NCBI GenBank assembly: GCA_050251015.1
Contig: JBFWNO010000002.1
Coordinates: forward strand, 12,775-76,774
Direction: 5' to 3'
Length of the DNA: 64,000 nucleotides
DNA from: Planctomycetota bacterium
GTDB taxonomy: Bacteria > Planctomycetota > JBFWNO01
The translations under genes and the position numbers were made by a program. Positions 1 to 8,351 of this stretch are shown here, piece after piece. How positions within the stretch are numbered: the stretch's first letter is position 1; every line of letters starts with the position of its first letter. A model generated the notes under the pieces. It worked only from the letters and a program-made list of their open reading frames with translations. It was not told the DNA's origin and searched no databases.

Positions 1-383
1 CGCAGTTGTTCCATGTGCTCCTGGGCGTAGACCGGCGCGTTCTCGGTCTTCACCCACATCGCGGCCGTGTATCCGGCCAAGCGCTTGAGCCGAAAGTGAT
101 CCGCGATCTCCTCGACAAGCGTCATGAGCGGATCGAGTTCCGTGTTGTCGCCCTTGGCGAACTTCTTCTGGATGGCAACGTCCACCTTCACGTCGTACTG
201 GTTCTGCCCGCGCCCGAGCGGATGGATCGTGAGACTGTTGGGCACGACCGAGACGTGCAGGTCCTTCATCTCCTCCAACTCGAAGAGCGGCTGGTAGTGC
301 CGCTCGGCGCTGAAGGGTTGGCTGAAGGTGGCGGCGTTCAGTTCCTCCTTCACGGCCTCGGCGATGTCGGTAATCACGCTCAT
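1..383 (-). CDS. Phage head-tail region protein, N-terminal 127 codons (gene continues past window start)
   Basis: The ATG at 381-383 overlaps the stop of the upstream ORF (ATGA). The frame MSVITDIAEAVKEELNAATF... stays open to base 1. It is absent from the ORF track because it is truncated. Confidence 0.5.
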   Translation of the reverse strand, partial: MSVITDIAEAVKEELNAATFSQPFSAERHYQPLFELEEMKDLHVSVVPNSLTIHPLGRGQNQYDVKVDVAIQKKFAKGDNTELDPLMTLVEEIADHFRLKRLAGYTAAMWVKTENAPVYAQEHMEQL

Positions 384-655
384 GAGGCCCGCTCCCGTTC
401 GTCAAGCCGCGTGGTCATCTTCTCCAGCGCGGAGGTGTTTCGTTCGAGCGCGCCGACCAGCGTCTCGCGCACCCACGTGTGATCCCGCTCGATGGCTTCG
501 CTCATGCGCCGCTCGCGCCCGTGGTCGCGCCAGAGGGTGTAGCCGACGACCACGCCCGCCAGACCCCACTGGGCCCAGAGGCCCGGATCGCCGCCCACCG
601 GCACCGAGGCCAGTAGGAGCGCGCCCATGCCGACCTTGGGAATGACGTCGATCAT
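380..655 (-). CDS. Small phage protein with two hydrophobic segments and a charged C-terminal helix (holin-like topology, function unknown)
   Basis: 91 aa. ATGA overlaps at both ends (652-655 and 380-383) tie it into the structural operon. Confidence 0.55.
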   Translation of the reverse strand: MIDVIPKVGMGALLLASVPVGGDPGLWAQWGLAGVVVGYTLWRDHGRERRMSEAIERDHTWVRETLVGALERNTSALEKMTTRLDERERAS

Positions 656-1038
656 GGCGCGGCCTCCGTTCCGACCTGCTTCGTGTGGACGCGCAGGGTC
701 TTTCGGAAGGGGTCCGAGTAGCGGTAGTGCGGCTCCTTGCCCGGGGCCATCACCTCGTAGACGTGGACCGTCGGTCCTTGCGTCTCGAGGATCGTGTCGC
801 CGCGTTCGGGCAGCACCGGGCTTCCGTCCAGCACCAGGTCCTGGGTCAGGACGAGGAAGTCCCGGCTCTCGAACTTCTCCAGCACGCCGCGCCCGTTTTC
901 GACCTCGAAGATCGTCCGGCCGATGGTGGCCTGCACGCTCACGGATTCCGTGTCGCGCACATACGTCACCTCCACGGTTGCGTGGCGGTGGCGCATGTCT
1001 TCGAGCCAGTCGGCACCTTGCTGGAGGATGTTCGTCAC
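652..1038 (-). CDS. Putative head-tail joining / head-closure-like protein
   Basis: ORF 652..1104. The probable GTG start at 1038 is preceded by GAGGAG, directly after the upstream stop. It sits after the capsid and DUF2190 genes. The function is positional inference. Confidence 0.45.
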   Translation of the reverse strand: MTNILQQGADWLEDMRHRHATVEVTYVRDTESVSVQATIGRTIFEVENGRGVLEKFESRDFLVLTQDLVLDGSPVLPERGDTILETQGPTVHVYEVMAPGKEPHYRYSDPFRKTLRVHTKQVGTEAAP

Positions 1039-1051
1039 GACGCCGTTCTCC

Positions 1052-1387
1052 TCAATAAAGCAGCTTGACCCGCACGGTCGCGTCCGCGTCCGCCGCGTCG
1101 GCAATGGCCCGGCCGATGAAGGCGTCGCCGCCGACGCCGATGGGGTGCGCCTGCTGGGTCGCCACCGTGAAGAGGACGTAGTCGCCCGTCTCGAAACTCT
1201 CGCCGCCGCCCGCCACCTTGGGCACGTCGAAGACGCCCTCGATGGCCAGTGCGCCGAGTTTGCCCGCCAGGATCGCCGACTTCGTCACGCCGAAGAGGTA
1301 CTTCTGGATCACGCCCACGCCTGCCGCCACGTCGGCCGCCGGGCTGTAGTCGATGGACGACCCTTCCTGCACGAATTGAATTCCCAT
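1052..1387 (-). CDS. DUF2190-family phage head protein (decoration/cement-like)
   Basis: ATG at 1387 with AAGGAGG upstream. A ~110-aa Gly/Ala-rich protein (MGIQFVQEGSSIDY...GVFDVPK...) immediately downstream of the capsid gene, as is typical for DUF2190. Confidence 0.6.
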   Translation of the reverse strand: MGIQFVQEGSSIDYSPAADVAAGVGVIQKYLFGVTKSAILAGKLGALAIEGVFDVPKVAGGGESFETGDYVLFTVATQQAHPIGVGGDAFIGRAIADAADADATVRVKLLY

Positions 1388-1441
1388 TGGATTTCCTCCT
1401 TCTGTTTCGCCATTGGTTTCAGGTGAGATGGGAGACACGCC

Positions 1442-3766
1442 TTATGCCTCCCCCTTGCTCTTGATCCCGCCGCGCGGGTCCTGGAGCGCCACGCCGAAGT
1501 CGTGATAGCCCCGCATCCGGATGCCGAGCACGTTGAAGTCGGCCTCCGCCGTCTCGATGATGGGCGACTCCTGACCGTTCAAAAACGCCGTCTCGATCAC
1601 CGGCAGATCGCTCGCGTCGGCCAGGAGATACCAGGCCTTCTGCGAGTTGCCCGGGTACATCGAGTTCGAGAGGTAGCGGCTTACCTCCGTGCGGAACTTC
1701 CCCTGGTGGGGGTTGGAGACCGGATACTTCGCGCTCGAAGTCGGGTCGCGCAGTTCCATCGACTTATTGAGCTGCGACGCGATGGCGTTCAAGGCCGGAG
1801 GCACCAGCACTAGCGCGGGCATCACCCCGATGGGCTTGCCGTCGGAGTCCACCTGCTCCATGAAGGCGGTCTCGGCCTTCGTGAGCCCGTCGATCCCCAG
1901 AGCCGTGTCCGCGCCGACCAGGTAGTTCCCGTTGGCGGCGCTGAAGAAAGCGGCGCTGTCCAGGAACGCCGTCCAGAACACGTCGTTGATCTTGAGGCCC
2001 GAGCCGCGCCCGAGCTTCCTCGGCACCAGCGTGATCGCGCCCAGGTCGTCGTTGATGATGTCGCGCCGGTCGATGGAGAGCATCAGGCCGTAGGTGTCGG
2101 CCTTGTTGGAGTAGCTCTCCTCGCCCAGCGTCCCGTGCTTGAGCTCGCCACCGGGGGAGACCTGTTCGTACTGGTCCTTGCCCACTAGGCGGTAGCTTGT
2201 CACCGTCTTGAAGTCGGGGACGTTTCGGATCGCGGTGATGTTGCGCCAGGTCCGCTCGACGGAGTAGAACCCTTCGAGCAGGAACTTGTTGGCGACGTTG
2301 GACAAAATCCCGCCGATGTCGACCGTGGAGCCCGCCGCCTGGATGTGGCTGGCGAAGGCGTAGCGCAGGGCCTCGCGGCTCTCGCGGAATGAACGCTCGG
2401 GGTAGCCGTTGGCCCAGGCGGCCTCGAGGATGAGTTCCTGCAGGCCGATCCCGCCCCGGAAGCGCCGACCGGCGCGGTCCAGTGCCTCTTCGCTGTAGTG
2501 CTTCTCCGGTTCGGAGAACTTCGCCGCCAGGACGCAGGCCGCTTCCAGCATCTCCGCGTCGCAGAACCCCACAGGGGCGAGCCGTTCCGACCCGCGCTTG
2601 ACCGAGATGTGGACGTCCGCCTGCGGGCGCTTCTCCCGCATGGCCTTCAAGACCTTCTGCGAGGTCTCCTCGACGGTCCATCCGGACTTGATCGCGTCGC
2701 GCTCGACCTCGGCGAACTCGCCCGAGCAGATCTCCTGGATCGCCGCCACGCGCTCGCGCTCCTGCCGGACGGCGTTCTCCGCCTCCTTGCGGGCGTTGGC
2801 CACCGCCTGGACGGCGGCGTCCTTGGATGCGGTCGCCTTCACATCGGGCTTGGGTGCGGGCTGCTTGTCCTTGTCGTCCGCCTTCAAGTCGGGCGGCTCC
2901 TCGCCGCTCTCGAAGGCCGCCTTCAAAAGCGCGGTCTTCTTTTCGTCCAGGACGGCAACATCGATGCCGTGATCTTCCAGCCAGTTCTCGAATTCCATGG
3001 TCTTTCCTCCTTGTCCTCCGTAGAGGGTGAACGTCGCGGCAAGCTTCATGCGCGTCGAGGCGTCCGCGCCCACCGCCACGACCGACACCTCCCGTAATTG
3101 CGATTTGCTGATGTGGTGAAACGGCCCGGCATGGACCTGGCCGTTCACGCTCCGGCGCGTGCGGACAAGCTCCGCCTCGTGCACCTCCGCGCCGATGGAC
3201 AACTGCCAGTCCGCTCCGGCCTTGGCCTGCTCGACGATTCCCTTGGCCTGGTTGCTCGACGAGAGGATCTCGCCCTCGATGTAGAGGACGTGGTCCTTCA
3301 CGACCGCGCGGACCATGCCGACCCGGCTACCGGTGCGGTTCTCGTGGTTGGTGAGAAGCGGCACCGACTCGGGGATTTCCATCCCATCGAGATCGACGAC
3401 CACCGGGTGCCGCCAGCCGGGCAGACGCATCTTGCCGCCCGAGTAGGCCACGCCGGAGACCTTGGCCTTGTCTTCCGCGCCATCCCCCGAGGCGGCTTCG
3501 ATCTTCACCGTGGCTTGTGCCGCCGCTTCGCCCGTAGCGGGCTCGAAGAGGATCGGCTTGTAGCCGTGGGCGTCGAGCCAGGCGCGCGCCTCGTCGGCCG
3601 TGAACTTCGCCAAGTCGAAACGGATCGACTGGAGTTCCGTGGTGGCGTCGGCGGTGATCCCCCAGATGGCGTGAATCCCCTGGGCAAACTTGTCGTTCTC
3701 GCGTCGGAAGCGCTCGTAACGAGCGGGGTCCTTGAGGCGCGCGGCGTGCTCATTCGGGAAGGGCAT
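1442..3766 (-). CDS. Fusion protein: HK97/S78-type prohead protease + Lys/Ala/Glu-rich scaffold-like linker + HK97-fold major capsid domain
   Basis: 774 aa. The N-terminal part carries protease-like motifs (VPLLTNHENRTGSRVGMV, EVSVVAVGADAST). The middle is low-complexity and charged. The C-terminal ~370 aa are capsid-like (GILSNVANKFLLEGF...TYGLMLSIDRRDIINDDLG). Confidence 0.7.
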   Translation of the reverse strand: MPFPNEHAARLKDPARYERFRRENDKFAQGIHAIWGITADATTELQSIRFDLAKFTADEARAWLDAHGYKPILFEPATGEAAAQATVKIEAASGDGAEDKAKVSGVAYSGGKMRLPGWRHPVVVDLDGMEIPESVPLLTNHENRTGSRVGMVRAVVKDHVLYIEGEILSSSNQAKGIVEQAKAGADWQLSIGAEVHEAELVRTRRSVNGQVHAGPFHHISKSQLREVSVVAVGADASTRMKLAATFTLYGGQGGKTMEFENWLEDHGIDVAVLDEKKTALLKAAFESGEEPPDLKADDKDKQPAPKPDVKATASKDAAVQAVANARKEAENAVRQERERVAAIQEICSGEFAEVERDAIKSGWTVEETSQKVLKAMREKRPQADVHISVKRGSERLAPVGFCDAEMLEAACVLAAKFSEPEKHYSEEALDRAGRRFRGGIGLQELILEAAWANGYPERSFRESREALRYAFASHIQAAGSTVDIGGILSNVANKFLLEGFYSVERTWRNITAIRNVPDFKTVTSYRLVGKDQYEQVSPGGELKHGTLGEESYSNKADTYGLMLSIDRRDIINDDLGAITLVPRKLGRGSGLKINDVFWTAFLDSAAFFSAANGNYLVGADTALGIDGLTKAETAFMEQVDSDGKPIGVMPALVLVPPALNAIASQLNKSMELRDPTSSAKYPVSNPHQGKFRTEVSRYLSNSMYPGNSQKAWYLLADASDLPVIETAFLNGQESPIIETAEADFNVLGIRMRGYHDFGVALQDPRGGIKSKGEA

Positions 3767-5195
3767 CGTCTTCTCCTTCCTCGACAGGCGTCGCCTCGCT
3801 GTCGCCGCTGTCGAGCCCGAGCTCGCGCATGAGCGTCTTCTCGCGGGCGCGCTGGCGAAGTTCCTGTTCCCAGTCCTTGCCCTGGCGCGCGTACTCGTGC
3901 GCGAGGGTGGTGGTGAGATTTTTGAGGCGCGTCTCCTGGGCGTTGGCTTCCTTGGCCGGATCGACGTGCTCCATGCCGTCCCAGAACCACTGGTGCTCGG
4001 GCAGCATGCGGCCCGCGCCGCTCACCGGGATGTCCCGGAAGAACCCGAACTCCAGCGCGTACTCCCAGAGCCACGCGCCCAGAATCCGGTCGAGGACCTT
4101 GCTCGCCATGAAGGCCTGGTCCACGCGGATGGATTTGAAATAGGTCTGGTGGTCGAGGCGGCCGGAGGCGTAGTTGTAGCCGCTGGAATTTCCTGCGGCG
4201 ACGTTGAAGGGCATGTTGAGGCAGCGGGCAATCTCGTTGAGGATCTCCTTCTTGAACTCGGCGTAGGTCGTGGCCGGTTGCATCGGCTCGACCTGGCTCA
4301 TTTTCCAGCCGCCCGGCATGGTCAGCAGCATGTTGCGTTCGAGCTCGATCAGGTCCATCGGCTCGACGGAATCCGCCTCGCCGTTGGCGGGCGCGTCGGT
4401 GTAAAGGATGCCCGCGAAGTCGGCGGCCGCTTCGGCCGCGCTCAAGACGGCCAGGGTGAAGCGCCGCAACTGCGCGAAGAGCGGCAGCGCGGGCGTGATC
4501 TCCGGGATGCCCCGGTGCTGCCCGGGCCGGTCCTGGCGGAAGACGTGGACCATGTTGGCGGCCGGGATGGTGAAAAACTCGTTCGAGAAGAAGACGCTCG
4601 ATCTGCCGGGATGATCCTTCAGGAGAGAGTAGGCCATGGGGTTGCCGTGGCGGTCCAGGCGAATGCCGTCCACCTCGTGGACGTCGAAGAGGTTATTCAG
4701 CGGGCTCGTGACCTGGTCGGCCTCGATGAGCCGCAGGTCGAGCTTGACCGGATGGTCGAGGGCGGGGTTGTTGGCGAGGATGGCGAAGGCCTCGCCGTCC
4801 TGGGCCCGCGCCATGCGCAGGGTCCGCAGTTTTTCGGCAAGGGAAACCTCCCGCGCCCAGCGCGCGAACTCGTGCTCGATCTCGTTGTTGGCCTCGTTGC
4901 TGCCCGTCAGGAGCTGCAGGCGCGGCCCGGTGCCGATGGTGTCGTTGGCCAGCGTCAGGACGATGCCCCGGGCGTAAGAGTTGTTGGCCACCTCGTAGCG
5001 GGCGCGATTGCGCAGGGTCCGGCGCACGCTCGCGTTGGCGGCGGCGTCTGCGGAAAGCGCATCCGCGTTCGCCCAATGGCGGCGGTTGTTGTCCGTGGTC
5101 GCGGCGGAATCGAAGCGAGCCTGCATGCGCCGCAGAGGCGCGCCGCGCAAGCCGCTCAGGTTGATCCGTTTCTTGGCGTCGGCTTCGGCGATCAT
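3750..5195 (-). CDS. Phage portal protein, lambda family
   Basis: Sequence RRHWANADALSADAAANASVRRTLRNRARYEVANNSYARGIV is typical of lambda-type portals. The start was moved to the ATG at 5195, which overlaps the stop of the upstream small ORF (ATGA). The longer track ORF (to 5423) has an Arg/Gly-rich, non-protein-like N-terminus. Confidence 0.8.
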   Translation of the reverse strand: MIAEADAKKRINLSGLRGAPLRRMQARFDSAATTDNNRRHWANADALSADAAANASVRRTLRNRARYEVANNSYARGIVLTLANDTIGTGPRLQLLTGSNEANNEIEHEFARWAREVSLAEKLRTLRMARAQDGEAFAILANNPALDHPVKLDLRLIEADQVTSPLNNLFDVHEVDGIRLDRHGNPMAYSLLKDHPGRSSVFFSNEFFTIPAANMVHVFRQDRPGQHRGIPEITPALPLFAQLRRFTLAVLSAAEAAADFAGILYTDAPANGEADSVEPMDLIELERNMLLTMPGGWKMSQVEPMQPATTYAEFKKEILNEIARCLNMPFNVAAGNSSGYNYASGRLDHQTYFKSIRVDQAFMASKVLDRILGAWLWEYALEFGFFRDIPVSGAGRMLPEHQWFWDGMEHVDPAKEANAQETRLKNLTTTLAHEYARQGKDWEQELRQRAREKTLMRELGLDSGDSEATPVEEGEDDALPE

Positions 5196-5392
5196 CAGGG
5201 GGCCCCCGGCGGCACGAGCTTGGACATGCGGATGCCCGGCCCCTTTTTCTTCATGGCCTTCTTGGAGTTGAGGTAGCGGTCCGCCTCGATCTGATCCTTC
5301 AGATCGTGCTGCTCGACCTCGCCGGAATCCCCGCGCGCACGCTTGGGGCCCTCGGCGTTCTCCTTGATCTTGTCCTTCAGATCGTCGGCCAT
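5195..5392 (-). CDS. Small conserved phage protein between terminase and portal (position of lambda gpW)
   Basis: 65 aa, MADDLKDKIKENAEGPKRARGDSGEVEQHDLKDQIEADRYL... Has an RBS GGAGAAACCG-ATG and is coupled to the portal start. Confidence 0.6.
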   Translation of the reverse strand: MADDLKDKIKENAEGPKRARGDSGEVEQHDLKDQIEADRYLNSKKAMKKKGPGIRMSKLVPPGAP

Positions 5393-5441
5393 CGGTTTCT
5401 CCCGGGGTGTGCGTGCCCTTCACGGGGTTGTTACCCGCTCG
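5387..5441 (-). promoter_or_regulatory. Conserved bipartite leader, copy 1: 18-mer GGGGTTGTTACCCGCTCG (5424-5441) plus 16-mer GGCCATCGGTTTCTCC (5387-5402, contains RBS and ATG)
   Basis: Both blocks recur identically at 19756-19826, in front of another leftward operon. Confidence 0.5.
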
Positions 5442-5515
5442 TGGGGCAAAACCGTCATTCGGGAGGCCGGAAAGGCAAAATCGTTACACCGGTAGACATG
5501 GACCGCGAAAAACGG

Positions 5516-5698
5516 TCAGCCGGTGGTCGATTCGTAGGTCGTAATTCGGTGTCCGCAGTTGCGGCATTCGCGCCGCCGCATGACACGGTTGTCGCGTACC
5601 GCGCGCACGTAAATGACAAAGAAGTGGCGGCACCCGCAACGGGGACATTCGAGGCCCCGCTTCTCTTTGGGCTTGTCGGCTTGCGCGTGCCCGGCCAT
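5516..5698 (-). CDS. Zinc-ribbon protein, Ogr/Delta- or NrdR-type (candidate transcription regulator)
   Basis: 60 aa starting at the ATG at 5698, which overlaps the terminase stop (ATGA). Motif CPRCG-x22-RRRECRNCGHRITTYES matches the CxxC...CxxC...TTYE(S) ribbon of Ogr and NrdR. Confidence 0.6.
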   Translation of the reverse strand: MAGHAQADKPKEKRGLECPRCGCRHFFVIYVRAVRDNRVMRRRECRNCGHRITTYESTTG

Positions 5699-7962
5699 CA
5701 GCGCCTGCCTCTCTGGATGTCCGACAGCTTCACCGGCTGCCGCTTGGCCGTAGCCACGGCGTCGGTGCCAGGCAGGATCGCGCCCTGAATGGATGCCGCC
5801 ACGGCGCAGCCGACGAGACAATCGAGCCAGTGGTTCTCCGAGGTCTCCGGTCGCAGTTTCCACTCGTCCACCACGCGGCCGCGCCCTTCGGTCTTCACCC
5901 TGTACTCGCTGGTCAAGTGCTCGGCCAGGAGCCGGTGCGCCTCCGGATCGCGCCCGAAGAGCGAGAGGCAGCCCTTGTCGCCCATCGCCACGGCAAGACG
6001 CGCGTGGACAAAGCTCTTCCAGTAGTTCGCGTCGAAGATGACGTGGCGGATCGCCCGGCGGCCATGGACGTTCGGGATGCGCCAGTTGTGGCCGACGCGG
6101 TCACCGCGTTTGCGCCGGTACTCGGAGAACGGAATCGACGACGCGCCCACAAAGCGGCCGTGGCTGGGGAAAAGCACCGCCGCATGCGCACTCTGGCGGC
6201 AGAACTGGTAGACCACATCGGTCGAGGTGCCCCAGTTGGCGTCGATGACCGCGCGTTCGATCTTGAGGTGCGCGCCGTCTTCCCGTCGCCATTCTCTTCC
6301 GAGGAGTTCCCCGGTCAGCGTTTCCAGCCCGGCGTAGATCGAGCCTTCCAGCCCAGCGCCCTTGGCCGCCAAGTGCAGGGTCCGCTGGGCGTCGCGCAGC
6401 GTGAAATAGCGACGCTTCTGGTCCGGATACGATCCGTAGTCGAGGACGTACCCCGCGAAATCGTCCGTCCACGCGGCCACCAACCAGAAGAGCAGCTTCC
6501 CCTGGACGTCGATGAAGAGCGTCACGTGGTCCGCGCCAAGCGGGATCTCGCCGCGCTTATGGCTGTTGAGTTTTTGTGCGATCTGGTCGGCGGTAAGAAG
6601 GTCATCGTCCTCGACGCCTTTCTCCGGCAACGGCTCGTTCTGATACTCGGCGAAGAAGGCGGCCTCGTCCTGTAGCTTGAGGTTCATGGCGTGCTGGATG
6701 GCCGAAGCCTCGTCGTGGTTGAAGCGTTCCGGCCAGGCGATCTCCGAACCTTCGTCCAGCGCCGTGCGGTTCGCCTCGTAAAAGGCCGTCGCCTCGCGCT
6801 GGTCGCCGTGCATGCGCAGCGACTCGGCGCGGACCTCGGCGTACTTCGCCCAGAGCTTCTCGTTCGTTGGGAAGCGGTAGACCATCTTGGTGCGCTCGCC
6901 GTTCCATTCCGGATGCTTGTCGCGGTCGAGGATGGTGTCGGCCATGTCCCCGGGGCGGATGACCGTGCAGGGCATGATGCCGGAGATCTTCTTGCCGGGT
7001 CCGGCCAGACCCAGCACCGCGCCCGCCAGGATGCGCTCGCGCGTGGCGCACTGGGAAAGCGACCGTGACGATTCGTCCGTCTGCGGGTCATCGAGCACGA
7101 CAAGCGAGGGTCGCACGGTCTTGCCGTCGGCGCGCTTGTACTTCATGCCTCGGATGCGGCCCGTGATCCCCGCCACCTTTATGATCGCCCCGGAGCCCTC
7201 GCTCTCCGGCATTGTCGGCAGCACGATCTCGTTGGCCGTCCAGCCGATGTGCGTGCGCTCGCCCTTGTGGAGCTGGCCCGAGCAGCGGTTGGCGATTCCT
7301 TCGAGGCAGCGGATCGGATGGCAGACCTCTGGGAAGTCGGCTTCGAGAAAGTCGTTCCCGTCGAGTTCCATCTTGATGCTTTCGAGCATCTCGACGGCGT
7401 GGACTTCCGATGCGCCAATGAGACAGACGAAATCCCGGTGGCCGTAGAGCACCGCCCAGAGGCAAGCGCACTCTGCGATGGAGGTCTTCCCCGACCCGCG
7501 CGGCATGGCCAGGGCGAAGAGCCCGCCGTGGACCACGGCCTGCTCGATCCGGTTGATGACCTTGATGTGGTCCGGCGACCAGGGCAGATGGAAGGTCTGC
7601 GGGAAGTAGGCCTCGCAGAAGAAGCGGAAGTCGCCTCCCGCCTTCGCCTTTCTTTCGGAATCGACGATGGCGGGAAGTTCGCCGATGTCGCGCCCGGCCT
7701 CTGAAAGCGCCCGGTTGCGCTGGGCGGCCGCCTCCTTGAGCGCCTCGTAGTCGCGCACCTTCTCTGGCCGAGGCCGATCCCGCTCCTCGACGAGCCAGGC
7801 GACGTATCGGAACAAGTCCACCCGGCGGCCGTCGCCGATGCGATAGCCCGCGCGCATGCGATGCCGGTAGAGCTGGCGCTCGTCGATGACGGTGCCCAGC
7901 GGCGTCGAGTTGAGGAGCCGCGCCAGGTCCGATGGCTTGAGGTCTCGCGGATCAATCGCCAT
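5698..7962 (-). CDS. terL: Terminase large subunit with N-terminal Nu1-like DNA-binding extension
   Basis: 754 aa. Walker A MPRGSGKTS, a Walker B-like VVLDDPQTDES, and a C-terminal nuclease-sized domain. It lies upstream of the portal. Confidence 0.8.
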   Translation of the reverse strand: MAIDPRDLKPSDLARLLNSTPLGTVIDERQLYRHRMRAGYRIGDGRRVDLFRYVAWLVEERDRPRPEKVRDYEALKEAAAQRNRALSEAGRDIGELPAIVDSERKAKAGGDFRFFCEAYFPQTFHLPWSPDHIKVINRIEQAVVHGGLFALAMPRGSGKTSIAECACLWAVLYGHRDFVCLIGASEVHAVEMLESIKMELDGNDFLEADFPEVCHPIRCLEGIANRCSGQLHKGERTHIGWTANEIVLPTMPESEGSGAIIKVAGITGRIRGMKYKRADGKTVRPSLVVLDDPQTDESSRSLSQCATRERILAGAVLGLAGPGKKISGIMPCTVIRPGDMADTILDRDKHPEWNGERTKMVYRFPTNEKLWAKYAEVRAESLRMHGDQREATAFYEANRTALDEGSEIAWPERFNHDEASAIQHAMNLKLQDEAAFFAEYQNEPLPEKGVEDDDLLTADQIAQKLNSHKRGEIPLGADHVTLFIDVQGKLLFWLVAAWTDDFAGYVLDYGSYPDQKRRYFTLRDAQRTLHLAAKGAGLEGSIYAGLETLTGELLGREWRREDGAHLKIERAVIDANWGTSTDVVYQFCRQSAHAAVLFPSHGRFVGASSIPFSEYRRKRGDRVGHNWRIPNVHGRRAIRHVIFDANYWKSFVHARLAVAMGDKGCLSLFGRDPEAHRLLAEHLTSEYRVKTEGRGRVVDEWKLRPETSENHWLDCLVGCAVAASIQGAILPGTDAVATAKRQPVKLSDIQRGRR

Positions 7963-8155
7963 GGCCGGACAGCTCCCTTACCAGCCATGCGGCGTAATGG
8001 ACCAGGTTCAGCGTCCCGTCGGCGTTCACGGGCGCGCCCGCTTCCACATGGGCGCGGACCGTGTCCCCGCTGACGGCCTTTCCGGCGCTCTTGGACAGCA
8101 GAAGGGCCAGGTCATCGGCCGAAATGGCGGTCACTTTCAGGACCGGGTTTTGCAT
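7952..8155 (-). CDS. Small Nu1-like wHTH protein (candidate terminase small subunit)
   Basis: 67 aa from the ATG at 8155. LALLLSKSAG...LNLVHYAAWLVRE parallels DLARLLNSTPLG...VDLFRYVAWLVEE at the TerL N-terminus. The 197-aa track ORF was trimmed. Confidence 0.5.
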   Translation of the reverse strand: MQNPVLKVTAISADDLALLLSKSAGKAVSGDTVRAHVEAGAPVNADGTLNLVHYAAWLVRELSGHGD

Positions 8156-8201
8156 GTCGCGCCTACCCACCATGGCCGCCTCCCGACAGATGCCGCCCTT
8201 T

Positions 8202-8216
8202 CGCGCCCAGGGCGCG
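8202..8216. repeat. Perfect 15-bp palindrome CGCGCCCAGGGCGCG upstream of the packaging operon
   Basis: Read directly. 14 of the 15 nt recur at 12516-12530, upstream of the methyltransferase operon. Confidence 0.6.
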
Positions 8217-8351
8217 CTCTGGCGGGCAGGCGGGGCGCGAAATGAATCTGACATCTTTCGAGTAATTGACTGGATGTGTTCCGAAAAACATGCCCCTGTG
8301 TGTGTGCTGGCTCGCAATGGGGCGCGCCGCGAGAAACGAAGGAGGACGCCG

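Noticed and set aside
3750-5423. N-terminal extensions of track ORFs: portal to 5423, 7952-8545, RusA to 17632, DUF669 to 18198, AAA_24 to 18827, flgI to 52143, gyrB to 62146, hemW to 57336.
   Set aside because: The extensions read through upstream genes in another frame and look non-protein-like. Internal ATGs with an RBS and ATGA-type coupling give proteins with canonical N-termini.
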